A stretch of 64,000 nucleotides of DNA from contig CAXXKJ010000002.1 of the NCBI GenBank assembly GCA_963675295.2, positions 2,112,001 through 2,176,000 of the forward strand, read 5' to 3'. Source of the stretch: a bacterium (lineage in GTDB: Bacteria > Electryoneota > Electryoneia > Electryoneales > Electryoneaceae). The notes beneath the pieces were generated by a model. The model did no database searches. It had not been told where the DNA came from and saw nothing but the letters and a program-made list of their open reading frames with translations. The position numbers and the translations under genes were made by a program. Positions 43,219-52,306 of this stretch are shown here, piece after piece (the first letter of the stretch is position 1; every line of letters begins with the position of its first letter).

Positions 43219-44670
43219 TTACCTGACGAGCATCACTTTCTGCGTGTGATCGAGCTGGCCCGGCACGGTCGCGCGGACGAAATACAGCCCGCTCGCCAGC
43301 GAGGACGCGTCAAAGCTCAGCGCGTGCGTTCCGGCGGTGATAGTGCCGTTGTGCAGCGTCGCAACCTGCTGCCCGGCGACGTTGTACACCGCGACGGTCA
43401 GGTCCGCCATTTCCGGCAGCGAAACGCTGATCGTCGTCTCCGGGTTGAACGGGTTCGGATAGGCCGCGCCAACCGCGTACTCGTGCGGGAGTTGCGCGTT
43501 TTGCGTCGCGTCAGCCGTGACCTCGAAGCCGGAGGCCACCCAGTCGTCGGCGTCGAACGTGAACGCCGCGTCCGTATTCGCACCCGCCTTGGTGAACTCG
43601 AACGTGTCCATCACCATCAGGTTCGGATTGTTCGGCACGCCGGCGGTCGCCTGGAAGGTGTACGTGCCCGCGGGCGCGTACGACGGCACGTCCTGCGTCA
43701 GGCCGGTGACGGTGACGTCCATGAACGGCGTCAGGTTGAACGGAATGTTCGCCGTCGGACCGACACGGCTGCCGTTCGGCAGGGTGACATAGGTCCGGTA
43801 GCGTAGACCGTTCGCGGACATGGCTGTGTTGTTGACGAATGATGCGTCATAGACGACGGTTCCGCCGCCGACGGGGATGTCGGTCACCTGCGGGGTCAAT
43901 GTCAGCACCGCCGGATCCTGTTGCCCGGTGCCCGCCAATTCCATCGCCGATTGCACGATTTCATGCGAGGTATCGTTCTGCACGAACGCGACGATCGAGA
44001 TGTTGTCGTCCTCGATCAGGTCGTTGTTCAACGTGACTGGCCACGCGAACGAAACGTCGAAGGTCTGGACGTCGTTCGGCTGCATGTCGATGTCCTGCCC
44101 GGCGTGCGACGGTGCCATCTCGAGCATGTCATAATGCCATTCGCTCTGGCCGTTGTTGCCGGTCCAGTTGTCGTAGAAATTCTCGACCAGGCCGATACGC
44201 AGCTTGTAATTGCCGGAGAAGACGGCGTCACCGTTGGTCACGGTAATCGTCGCATCAACCGAGTTTGTACCAATCGTGGACGCGATTTCGATCTGGATCG
44301 GAGCCTCAATCGCAAGCCGGTTGTTCACGGCGGTCTCAAGCAGCGCTGGAGTGATCGGCCAGCGGTCGAGCAGACCGTCCACCATCAGGGTCGGTAGCAG
44401 GCTGACTGGATAGTAGTTGAATCGTCCGAGGTGATCGGTGGGGTTCAGTGTGGTCCACGGTTCGGGACCGTACCAGTTGGCATGGTAGACGATGTACGAG
44501 ACGTCGTCCATGTTGTCTTCGAAGAACGCTTGAACCGTCTGCGCCGCAGACGGACAGGTGCCTCAACCATGGCCCGTGTACTTCTCGAACATCACCTTGC
44601 GGGGGAAGGGGGTAGCTGTGGTCGCGATCAGCATGACGGCCATCAGCCCCACCGCAAAACGTGCGCGCAT
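43219..44670 (-). CDS. Secreted selenoprotein: Omp28-like thioredoxin-fold domain (UxxC), Ig-like domain, T9SS-type CTD; in-frame UGA at 44563-44565 read as Sec
   Basis: GGAGG + ATG 44670, signal peptide, RKVMFEKYTGHG-UGA-GTCP, in frame with the 43219..44511 ORF; hairpin after the UGA; selB in window. Confidence 0.85.
44535..44565 (-). promoter_or_regulatory. Putative bacterial SECIS element
   Basis: mRNA: UGA-GGCACCUGU-CCGUCUGC-GGC-GCAGACGG; 8-bp stem, G-initiated loop 17 nt after the UGA. Confidence 0.75.
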
Positions 44671-44783
44671 GAATGCCTCCTGTTCGTGTCGTTGTCTGGT
44701 ATCCAAACAACGGGTTCACCGTGCGAATAACTACCAAAATGTGTCTCTAGTCTAGGCGTTCGAACGGCAGTAGACAAATAAAC

Positions 44784-45306
44784 TACCCCGCAGCAAGCTA
44801 CGGGGTATCGACTACTCACAGCTCAAGTCGACTTTGATGTAGCGGCTGGTAGTTAGCTTCTGTACCTTGGTTCATAACGTATTTTCTGATTGTATTTTCG
44901 TCACCGTGCGGACCTACGGTGGATATATAATAACCTTTTGTCCAAAATTCCCCACCCCAGAGCTGCTTTTTAACTTTGGGTTGTCGGATAAACATCTCTC
45001 GTGCTGTTATGCTCTTTATAGTTCGTACTAATTTTGTAGCACTCATGGTTGGCACGGATTGCACTAAGAAATGCACATGATCTCTATCTATTCCAATTTC
45101 TATAAATTCTATTTCATAACGTTTTTGGATTTCAAAGCAGATATCCTTTAATGTTAAATCTATCTCAGGTTCATCAAATACAACACGACGGTATTTCGCT
45201 ACACATACAAGATGGTATAGCAATATCGATACGTTGTGTTGTTTTCGGATCAGCTCAGACATTCCACAAGAAACCAACTGCAGCTGGCCGAAGCAAGCTT
45301 CGGGGC
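44784..45306 (-). mobile_element. IS200-type insertion sequence (tnpA only) with subterminal hairpins
   Basis: AT-rich; hairpins TACCCCGCAGCAAGCTACGGGGTA (44784-44807) and CCGAAGCAAGCTTCGG (45288-45303). Confidence 0.85.
44816..45262 (-). CDS. tnpA: IS200/IS605 family Y1 (HUH) transposase
   Basis: YHLVCVAKYRR, DHVH (HUH), KSITAR, LWGGEFWTKGY, IRKYV.NQ. Confidence 0.95.
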   Translation of the reverse strand: MSELIRKQHNVSILLYHLVCVAKYRRVVFDEPEIDLTLKDICFEIQKRYEIEFIEIGIDRDHVHFLVQSVPTMSATKLVRTIKSITAREMFIRQPKVKKQLWGGEFWTKGYYISTVGPHGDENTIRKYVMNQGTEANYQPLHQSRLEL

Positions 45307-45573
45307 ATCAACCGCACTGGAGTGAAATTATCGACTTACGCTGATTCATCGCTCGGGAGATCCAATACCCCAGCAGCCTGGTCGCCGCTCCGCTGGCCAA
45401 GTGCCCGGCCCATGAAACGCGAACCGGGCTACCTCTAAACCACCAGCTCGCCTGGAACTGTCTCTCGGAAAAGACACCACCCTCATCTTGACAACAAGAT
45501 TGGATTGCAAGTTCGTTTATGGAACTCAGTTCAGCAGAAGCGCGGAACGTTTTACAATCAGGGAGAAGACAGC

Positions 45574-46071
45574 ATGGCGCAGGAAACGAGGATGACGATT
45601 CTCAGCAGCACCGGTGCGTTTGACTTTACCAACGGCTGGACCGGCACCGTCCCGGTCAACGGCGGCACCGGCTACTTGTCGGCGACGCTCGAGGTGCTCA
45701 ACTCAGCCGGTCTGAAACAGATCCGGTTTGGCTGGCGGCCGATTGTGAAGAACGACGCCAACCCGCCGCAACAGATCGAGACCCGCTGGCTGCCGGTGTT
45801 CATCGATCTGAAGGGGATCTCCACCGGCGAGGGCCATTTCGCCGAACTGCCGGACTACGGCTATCTCTACAATCTGACCAGTGCGGATCTCGAGTCAAAT
45901 ACCAACTATTACCTGTATTTCGTCCATCCGGAAACCCCGGCGGCGGTACCGTTGCTGCGTGACGAGGGCAACCATCATGACGGCATCGAGATCCGGGTGT
46001 ACGCGTCGAAAGATGTCGGCCTCAGCGCCTTCACCTTCCGGCTCAATGTGCTCGCCTCGGTGGAAGCATGA
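45574..46071 (+). CDS. Hypothetical beta-rich protein, no signal peptide
   Basis: GGGAG before ATG 45574; overlaps the next gene by ATGA; paralog at 38962. Confidence 0.7.
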   Translation: MAQETRMTILSSTGAFDFTNGWTGTVPVNGGTGYLSATLEVLNSAGLKQIRFGWRPIVKNDANPPQQIETRWLPVFIDLKGISTGEGHFAELPDYGYLYNLTSADLESNTNYYLYFVHPETPAAVPLLRDEGNHHDGIEIRVYASKDVGLSAFTFRLNVLASVEA

Positions 46072-47417
46072 GGGCGAACGCACCCGGACGGTTCCGTCAT
46101 GGTGTCCACGGTCCCGCCGGCCGGACCAACGGCCACGGCACCTGGTGGGAACCCGACATGTTTCCGTTGTACGACCTGCTCAACGATCCGCCGACGCTAC
46201 GCGAGGTGCGGGACTTGCGTACAAAACGGGCGAGTCTGCCGACAAACACCGTGGACGGCTTCAAGCTGCTCGCGACCGGCGGTGTCTGCACCACGGAAAA
46301 GGTGTACCGGATGTCGATGTTCCGTCATCGGCTGGAGTTCAACGGCACGAGCTATAACCACGCGGCGGTCGTGCGCGGCCCGGCGTATGGGTCTGTTCCA
46401 CCGGCGAACGGGGAGTATCCGATTCTGCTGCTGCTGCATGGCAACATCACCGACGCCATGCGCCGCAACAAGATCACCGACTGGGACCGGCTGCTCGCGG
46501 CGAACAAGTTCTACACCGACCAGTGTGTCGTCGTCTTTCCGCTGTATTTCGGCTACCGGATGGAACTTCCGGAAAGTAGTAGCTATGGGGTGGAGTGCGA
46601 GGAATCCCTCCACCAGGCGGGCTACCCGAAGTTCAACGGGCAATCCTTCGAGACGCTTCCAGTGGACGATCCACTGTTCAAATCCGACTATCTCGCAGAA
46701 GGGTTCAGCGCCGACGATGTCCAGATCATGGCGATCCTGCAGGCGGTGACCGCGGTCCGGCAACGAAGCCCGGAGTTCGGTGTTAGTTTGAATGGCGACA
46801 TCGGTCTGCTCGGCGGCAGCCTTGGCGCGAGCATGGTGTACAAGGTCGCGCCGGTGCTGCACGACAACGGTCTTCCCGCGACACTCAAGGCGACCATCGC
46901 GCTCTAGGGCGGAACGGATCAGTATGCGCCGTTCAACGTCCGCCGCGCGAAACGGTGGCTAAACAGCGCATTGTACTACCGCCGGCAGGACCCGATCTAC
47001 GGGTCGGTGATCGACCGTGGCCGCAGCTATTCCGACATCCTGTTGAATCAGAAACGGCGGTTGGAATCGGAGGGAGTGGTCGAATACATCCTCGGCCGGT
47101 CGGACCCGACACATTACGTTCCGCCTGATCTCAAGAAGATCCTCCGCCGCTGGTTCCTCGAGGACTCAGTGGCGTGGTACTGGCGGTACAATAGCGGCCC
47201 GTATCCGATTCAGATCCATCATGGGGTCTTCGACGACACCGTTGCGGTCGACAACAGCCGTTGGTGGGCGAAGGTGATGCGGCAGCAGGAAATCCCATTC
47301 GACCTGGACAACTTCTACTATTTCGAAACGCCGACCGGTGAGCACAAAGCGGGTTCGCTGAGCAACGCGTCCCGCGTCGCTATGGCAACCGTCCTGGCGA
47401 ACAGGCTGGGGTACTAG
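46068..47417 (+). pseudogene. Alpha/beta hydrolase interrupted by an in-frame TAG at 46905-46907 (nonsense allele or readthrough)
   Basis: PILLLLHG and GGSLGA nucleophile elbow before the TAG; HHGVFDDTV (Asp) and GEH (His) after it in the same frame. Confidence 0.7.
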
Positions 47418-47591
47418 CGGTTCAACCCGCACGTGTTTGCATGCAAGCGCAGGTTGATAACGACGGATGGCCCGGGTCGTTTTACGACCCGGATGTCCCC
47501 ACTCATGCCCACGACATTTATTTCGCGGATGATCCGCCGGTCGCACATGCCCCTGTGACCCGCGTGTCTGTGTGCGCGGATCGCAGGACTA

Positions 47592-49097
47592 TCATTGCTT
47601 CATTGCAAGCTTTGGTCCTTCGAACGGCGCAGCGACAACATCGAGGTGGCGTGGCGGATCGAAGTCAACCTCGGTGCCACCAGTGACCGTGAATGGGAAA
47701 AACGCTTGGATAGTATGCTGTGGTCCATTGTCTGTGTAGGCACCGGCACGGACGATATAGTTGTACTCGCCGGATGCTGTGTTCGCAGGGATACTTTGTT
47801 GTAAATCGGCTTCATACGTCCCATTTGCAGGGACAGTGATGTCTTCCCAGACACGAAGCGATTCGCTCGGATACCCTGCTGGACCTCGCACGATCACCCA
47901 GACATCGGTAACAATGTCAACATCCGTATTGTTGGTCAGTGTGCCATGCCAGGTGAATCGATTCGGAGGGTGAACACTGTTCAGACTACGATTGGGTCGT
48001 GCTGAGATTTCCAGGTCGGTGTGGCCGGCGCTGAACTTGGCGAGGAAGACATTGGTTTCAAATTCACCGACTCCGTATTCCCCGAATACGACGATCTCTC
48101 CCAATCGACTGACGGCTGCGATATCTCTTTCGATGTAGACGCAATCCTCGACAGTGCAATAGTAATCCCAAGTGAACAACGGAGTTCCAGTAGCATCGTA
48201 CCGTGTGAATTCCAAATTGCTTCCGTCGTGGTGTCTGTAGGAAATCGAACCGCCATCGGGCATACCGTATAGAGGAAAATAGGGTCCAAGGCTCATCCCT
48301 TGGTGCCCCCAATAGTTGATAATTTCGCCATCTGGGGAAAGGGTTAGTCCGCTGTACATCGAATCCGCATCCATGGCGAGCTGGCCAGCGATCAGTAGAT
48401 TTCCGTCCGGCAAAACCTCGGAATGGTAGGAGGCATGCACAGACAGACCATTCTGCCTGATGAACACAGTGGAATCCTCAATCGTACCGGATGGGGATAT
48501 GTCATAAACGATGATGCCATATGATGTAACAACAGGATGAATCAATCCTGTGACCGTTGAATTCACGCTGTAACAATGCTGGTTAACTATGCCTCCAAGC
48601 AAGGTTGTCCACATGAGCGAACCGCTATCACTGTATCTGCTTACAAATGTTCTGTGCGTCATATCTCCACAAGAGACAAACGTACCCTGTTGATGACGCC
48701 CAACATCGTGGATCCAACCGGGTGCGACGTCAGTCAGAAACTCAAATCCAGTTCGAAAGTTCAATACCGCCAGCATTGGTTCAGAATAAGTCGTGGCAAA
48801 ACGATTGCGGCCAATTCGTTCAAGAACACGTCCATGGTGACCCTGTGTTTGCTGTGTCCACAGATGAGCTCCCTCGGAAGACATCTTATCCAGCATCATG
48901 TCATTCGATTGCAGCCGTGACGTTACAAGCAGATCGCCATTCGCACAGAATTCGACATCACCCATGCCATCGTTATCGTCATTGCCAATCTGCACCTCCC
49001 ACAGCAATTCACCTGGTTGGGCCGATGAATCCGGAGGCAGCAATGCAAGCAGAAACAGGCACAAACTCAGCAAGGCAATACTACGAGAGGTGATCAT
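47592..49097 (-). CDS. Secreted beta-rich protein with C-terminal Ig-like domain (paralog of 37246-38817)
   Basis: Signal peptide; shared C-terminal domain; similar LPDGNLL and PDGG motifs. Confidence 0.8.
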   Translation of the reverse strand: MITSRSIALLSLCLFLLALLPPDSSAQPGELLWEVQIGNDDNDGMGDVEFCANGDLLVTSRLQSNDMMLDKMSSEGAHLWTQQTQGHHGRVLERIGRNRFATTYSEPMLAVLNFRTGFEFLTDVAPGWIHDVGRHQQGTFVSCGDMTHRTFVSRYSDSGSLMWTTLLGGIVNQHCYSVNSTVTGLIHPVVTSYGIIVYDISPSGTIEDSTVFIRQNGLSVHASYHSEVLPDGNLLIAGQLAMDADSMYSGLTLSPDGEIINYWGHQGMSLGPYFPLYGMPDGGSISYRHHDGSNLEFTRYDATGTPLFTWDYYCTVEDCVYIERDIAAVSRLGEIVVFGEYGVGEFETNVFLAKFSAGHTDLEISARPNRSLNSVHPPNRFTWHGTLTNNTDVDIVTDVWVIVRGPAGYPSESLRVWEDITVPANGTYEADLQQSIPANTASGEYNYIVRAGAYTDNGPQHTIQAFFPFTVTGGTEVDFDPPRHLDVVAAPFEGPKLAMKQ

Positions 49098-49185
49098 TTT
49101 CGTTACCTTCTCAGTTAAGTGTTCCGATTAGAGGAACAACCCACCCCCTCAGACGCGGATTAGATAACTTACATGTCCACTTCGC

Positions 49186-52128
49186 CTATTTCAGCAGCAT
49201 CGCCTTGCGGGTGACGGTTTCCGTGCCGTACCACACCTGCACCAGGTACAGCCCGCTGGCGAGGTTGTGTTGACCGGCGTCGAACGTCCATTTCGTCTGA
49301 CCCGCGCCACGCTCGCGCAGCGTTTCCGCCGCCACCTGCCGCCCGAGCACATCGACCACACGAATCCGCACGTCGCCGCGTGACGGCAGCTGCAATGTCA
49401 TCGTGAACGACGGATTGAACGGGTTCGGGGAAATATTCAACGTGAATGCCGCCGGCAGCATCTCTCCGCTTTCCAGTGTTTCGCTGTGTCTTTCCTTTTC
49501 TCTGGTCAAATCACGTGCGAAGGACGGCGGCGGATTCGGCTTATCCCAGCCGGTTAGAGCCCAGGTCTCGCAGGATTCATCAAACTGAGGGATTTCTGCA
49601 GGTGTCCTGGCTGCTCGCGATGCTGTTGTTCCTAATGCCAGCTTGGTAAACTGAAAAGTATCCTGCGTCGCTACCAGGTCCGGGTGAACACCAACTTTAG
49701 CGGTGAAGGTATAGGTTCCCGAGGGAGCGAAACGTGGTACGGCGAGTGACATCCATTGGCGAGCAAATGTTTGACCTGGAGTCAATTCCAGTGAATACAT
49801 CGCCACCGTTACCGTTGTGCCGCCGGGCAGTGTCGCCTCCGTCCAGGCATCAGCGATAAAGGTTTCCGGCAACGCATTTGTCAGTGTCACGTCGAAATAG
49901 ACTCGGCCGCCGAAGGGGGGAAGAGTCTGAGACGGTTCGAACGGGTCAAGCGTCAGGGTAACCGGCGCCAGCCAGTTAACTTCGGCAGGATCTGTGTGAT
50001 TCGATTCACCGCCGGCAAATAGGGCCGTGACCGTATAGCGAAACAGACCGTGGCCCGGTAACGTATCCAGGTACGTTGTAGTAGCCGACGTGCCGATCTG
50101 TATACCATTCCTGTAAATGCGATACTCGAGAACCTCCCCGCCACCTTGAGGTTCATCCCAGGCGATGGAGACTGTCCCATCTCCGTCAAGTACGGCCGTC
50201 AGATTCGACGGATCCTCGATACCTCCAATCACACTGGACAAATCGAGCTGGTAAAGACGAGTGCCAATGACAGCCCAGGCCGTGGGTCCCTCGGCGACAG
50301 TACGAATGACGTAGTTGGTACCTTGCAGACTGGCAATTTCCTGCGGATTTGTAAGCGTACTGACGTTGTAAACATGGAGGCCGCAGTCGTCGTACGGACC
50401 GACAATTGTAGCGTATAGCTGGTTCCCGTCGAATGCACCGCCGGTAAAATCCGCCTGCGAGCTGGTCAGTTCCGTGGCGATTGTCAAAGACGGACCTCTG
50501 GCGTCCACCAGGGTCAGACGCAAGTCATCCTGGCAGATCGCGATCCTGCTGTCCGAGACCGAAAACTGATGGGTGTAACGAGAAGTGCTGGATTCATAAT
50601 CGACATTGAGACTCTGCTCCAGCGTCGGATTCAAAGGACTGCTTACTGTGTATTTTCTCAAATATGGCTCATGCAATACGTACAGGTTCTCGTCTTCCAT
50701 CGCAAACCGGTCGGAGGGATCGAATCCGTTGACCTCGCCCAGAAGAGTCGGATTTGCCGGATTGGCAACATCGTATGCCTCAACTGTCCCGCCAGTCCTT
50801 AATCGGTAGAGGATCTGGCCGTTCGTTTCGATTTCGTACGTCGCACTCTGGAAGTAACGGATCTGTTGGGGGTTTTGCGGATCCGTGAAGTCAAAAACAT
50901 AGAGTCCGGTGGGCACAGGCGTGTAGTGATTGCACACGTACAGGTAGTTCCCAACCCAGACCATGTCGGCGATCCGCCCACCATCGAGAATATGAGTGTC
51001 GACCGGGTGTTCCGGGTCTGACCAGTCGCTGACCCAGACACCGTTCGAAGAACCGTATTCCTCAGCTGCCACCGCTATCAGGTTTCCCTGTCGTTCCACG
51101 CACGTCCTGAAGCCGGCTGTCCACCCGGCAGTTCCCAGCCATTCGGGATCTGAAAGGTTTGCGACTCCATGAACAGCGATAGCCTCCTTCTCAGAGGAGC
51201 TGTAGACCACATTTCCATTGGTCGGGGAAGGAATAAGAAAGTCCGCCTGGTGATTCTCAATCGTCCCGGTCAATACAGGCAGTGACGTTCCAGAAACGCT
51301 GAAGAGCTTTAATGAGTAGCCACTCTCAACCAGCAGACGATTGTTGGTTACCGTCATTGCCTTTGACCCGTCCGGACAATTGATGGTATAGACAGTACCC
51401 AGATTTGCCAGGTCCGATGCTTCAACCGCCCGGATCTGGTCCTCCAATCCACTCAAGTAGATTACTCCGGAATCATAGGCGACGGATTCCTCAGCATGGT
51501 CCACCGAATTGTCGAGTTCGACAATTTGAGCCGGATTGCTGATGTCCAGTGTCACGAGATGGTCGTAAATGTTGTGGGCTGCAATCAGAACGTTTCCATC
51601 GTCTGAGAGATCGTAGCTGTGCAGCTCATACAGGCCGTTCTGATAGACAGTCTGCAGGTTCAATGGATCCGAAATGTCATAGACCCAGAGACCCTCGCCA
51701 TCTTCCGACCTGTACAGGTAGCCGTTGATGAGTTCAAGGAAGTCCGTTGTAAACGGCAGGTTCGCCACCTCACCGAGGTACTGTGGACTAGCTGGATCAC
51801 TGACATCATAGACCGTGGCGGGATCTTCAGGATAGGAATTGGCGTACAGGTACTGGTCGTTGACCGCCATCTGCCAGATGATATTTCCGGGTTCAAGTTC
51901 CGCCACTGGTTCCGGGTTGAATGGATCAGTGATGTCGACAATGGTGATCCCGGAGTACCGCCCGGCATGGAACAGGTAATTGCCTTGAATCTTGAACTCG
52001 TAGGTTTCTCCATAGACCTGTTTTAAGCTTTCTCCGGTAACATCGATATTCCACAGTTCCCACTGCTGGGCGGATGCAACCGTTGCCACAACGATGAGGG
52101 CGCTGGCGACGAAAACTGAAAGCTTCAT
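49186..52128 (-). CDS. Secreted LVIVD-repeat protein with FN3-like and Ig-like domains and T9SS-type CTD
   Basis: MKLSVFVASALIVVATVASA signal; ITIVDITDP repeats; PSNLTA..W....YRIYRNG FN3; PNPFNP...RKAMLLK. Confidence 0.9.
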   Translation of the reverse strand: MKLSVFVASALIVVATVASAQQWELWNIDVTGESLKQVYGETYEFKIQGNYLFHAGRYSGITIVDITDPFNPEPVAELEPGNIIWQMAVNDQYLYANSYPEDPATVYDVSDPASPQYLGEVANLPFTTDFLELINGYLYRSEDGEGLWVYDISDPLNLQTVYQNGLYELHSYDLSDDGNVLIAAHNIYDHLVTLDISNPAQIVELDNSVDHAEESVAYDSGVIYLSGLEDQIRAVEASDLANLGTVYTINCPDGSKAMTVTNNRLLVESGYSLKLFSVSGTSLPVLTGTIENHQADFLIPSPTNGNVVYSSSEKEAIAVHGVANLSDPEWLGTAGWTAGFRTCVERQGNLIAVAAEEYGSSNGVWVSDWSDPEHPVDTHILDGGRIADMVWVGNYLYVCNHYTPVPTGLYVFDFTDPQNPQQIRYFQSATYEIETNGQILYRLRTGGTVEAYDVANPANPTLLGEVNGFDPSDRFAMEDENLYVLHEPYLRKYTVSSPLNPTLEQSLNVDYESSTSRYTHQFSVSDSRIAICQDDLRLTLVDARGPSLTIATELTSSQADFTGGAFDGNQLYATIVGPYDDCGLHVYNVSTLTNPQEIASLQGTNYVIRTVAEGPTAWAVIGTRLYQLDLSSVIGGIEDPSNLTAVLDGDGTVSIAWDEPQGGGEVLEYRIYRNGIQIGTSATTTYLDTLPGHGLFRYTVTALFAGGESNHTDPAEVNWLAPVTLTLDPFEPSQTLPPFGGRVYFDVTLTNALPETFIADAWTEATLPGGTTVTVAMYSLELTPGQTFARQWMSLAVPRFAPSGTYTFTAKVGVHPDLVATQDTFQFTKLALGTTASRAARTPAEIPQFDESCETWALTGWDKPNPPPSFARDLTREKERHSETLESGEMLPAAFTLNISPNPFNPSFTMTLQLPSRGDVRIRVVDVLGRQVAAETLRERGAGQTKWTFDAGQHNLASGLYLVQVWYGTETVTRKAMLLK

Positions 52129-52306
52129 TGATTGGTTCCTCCCGGAATAATGGAAATCGACGTCATCGAAACAGCGGGCGCCACACAGACCGGCTGACCC
52201 GGGTCGTCGTGCGCCCCGGGCTTCCTCGTTGTACCCCTTTAAACGACATGCCCCAGACATTCATGTCTGGGCTACTCCGCGCTTACATCCAGACGCAGGC
52301 GCCGCC

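Noticed and set aside
46905-46907. Pyrrolysine codon or genome-wide TAG reassignment
   Set aside because: No pyl genes in the window and TAG terminates other intact genes; kept only as an open question
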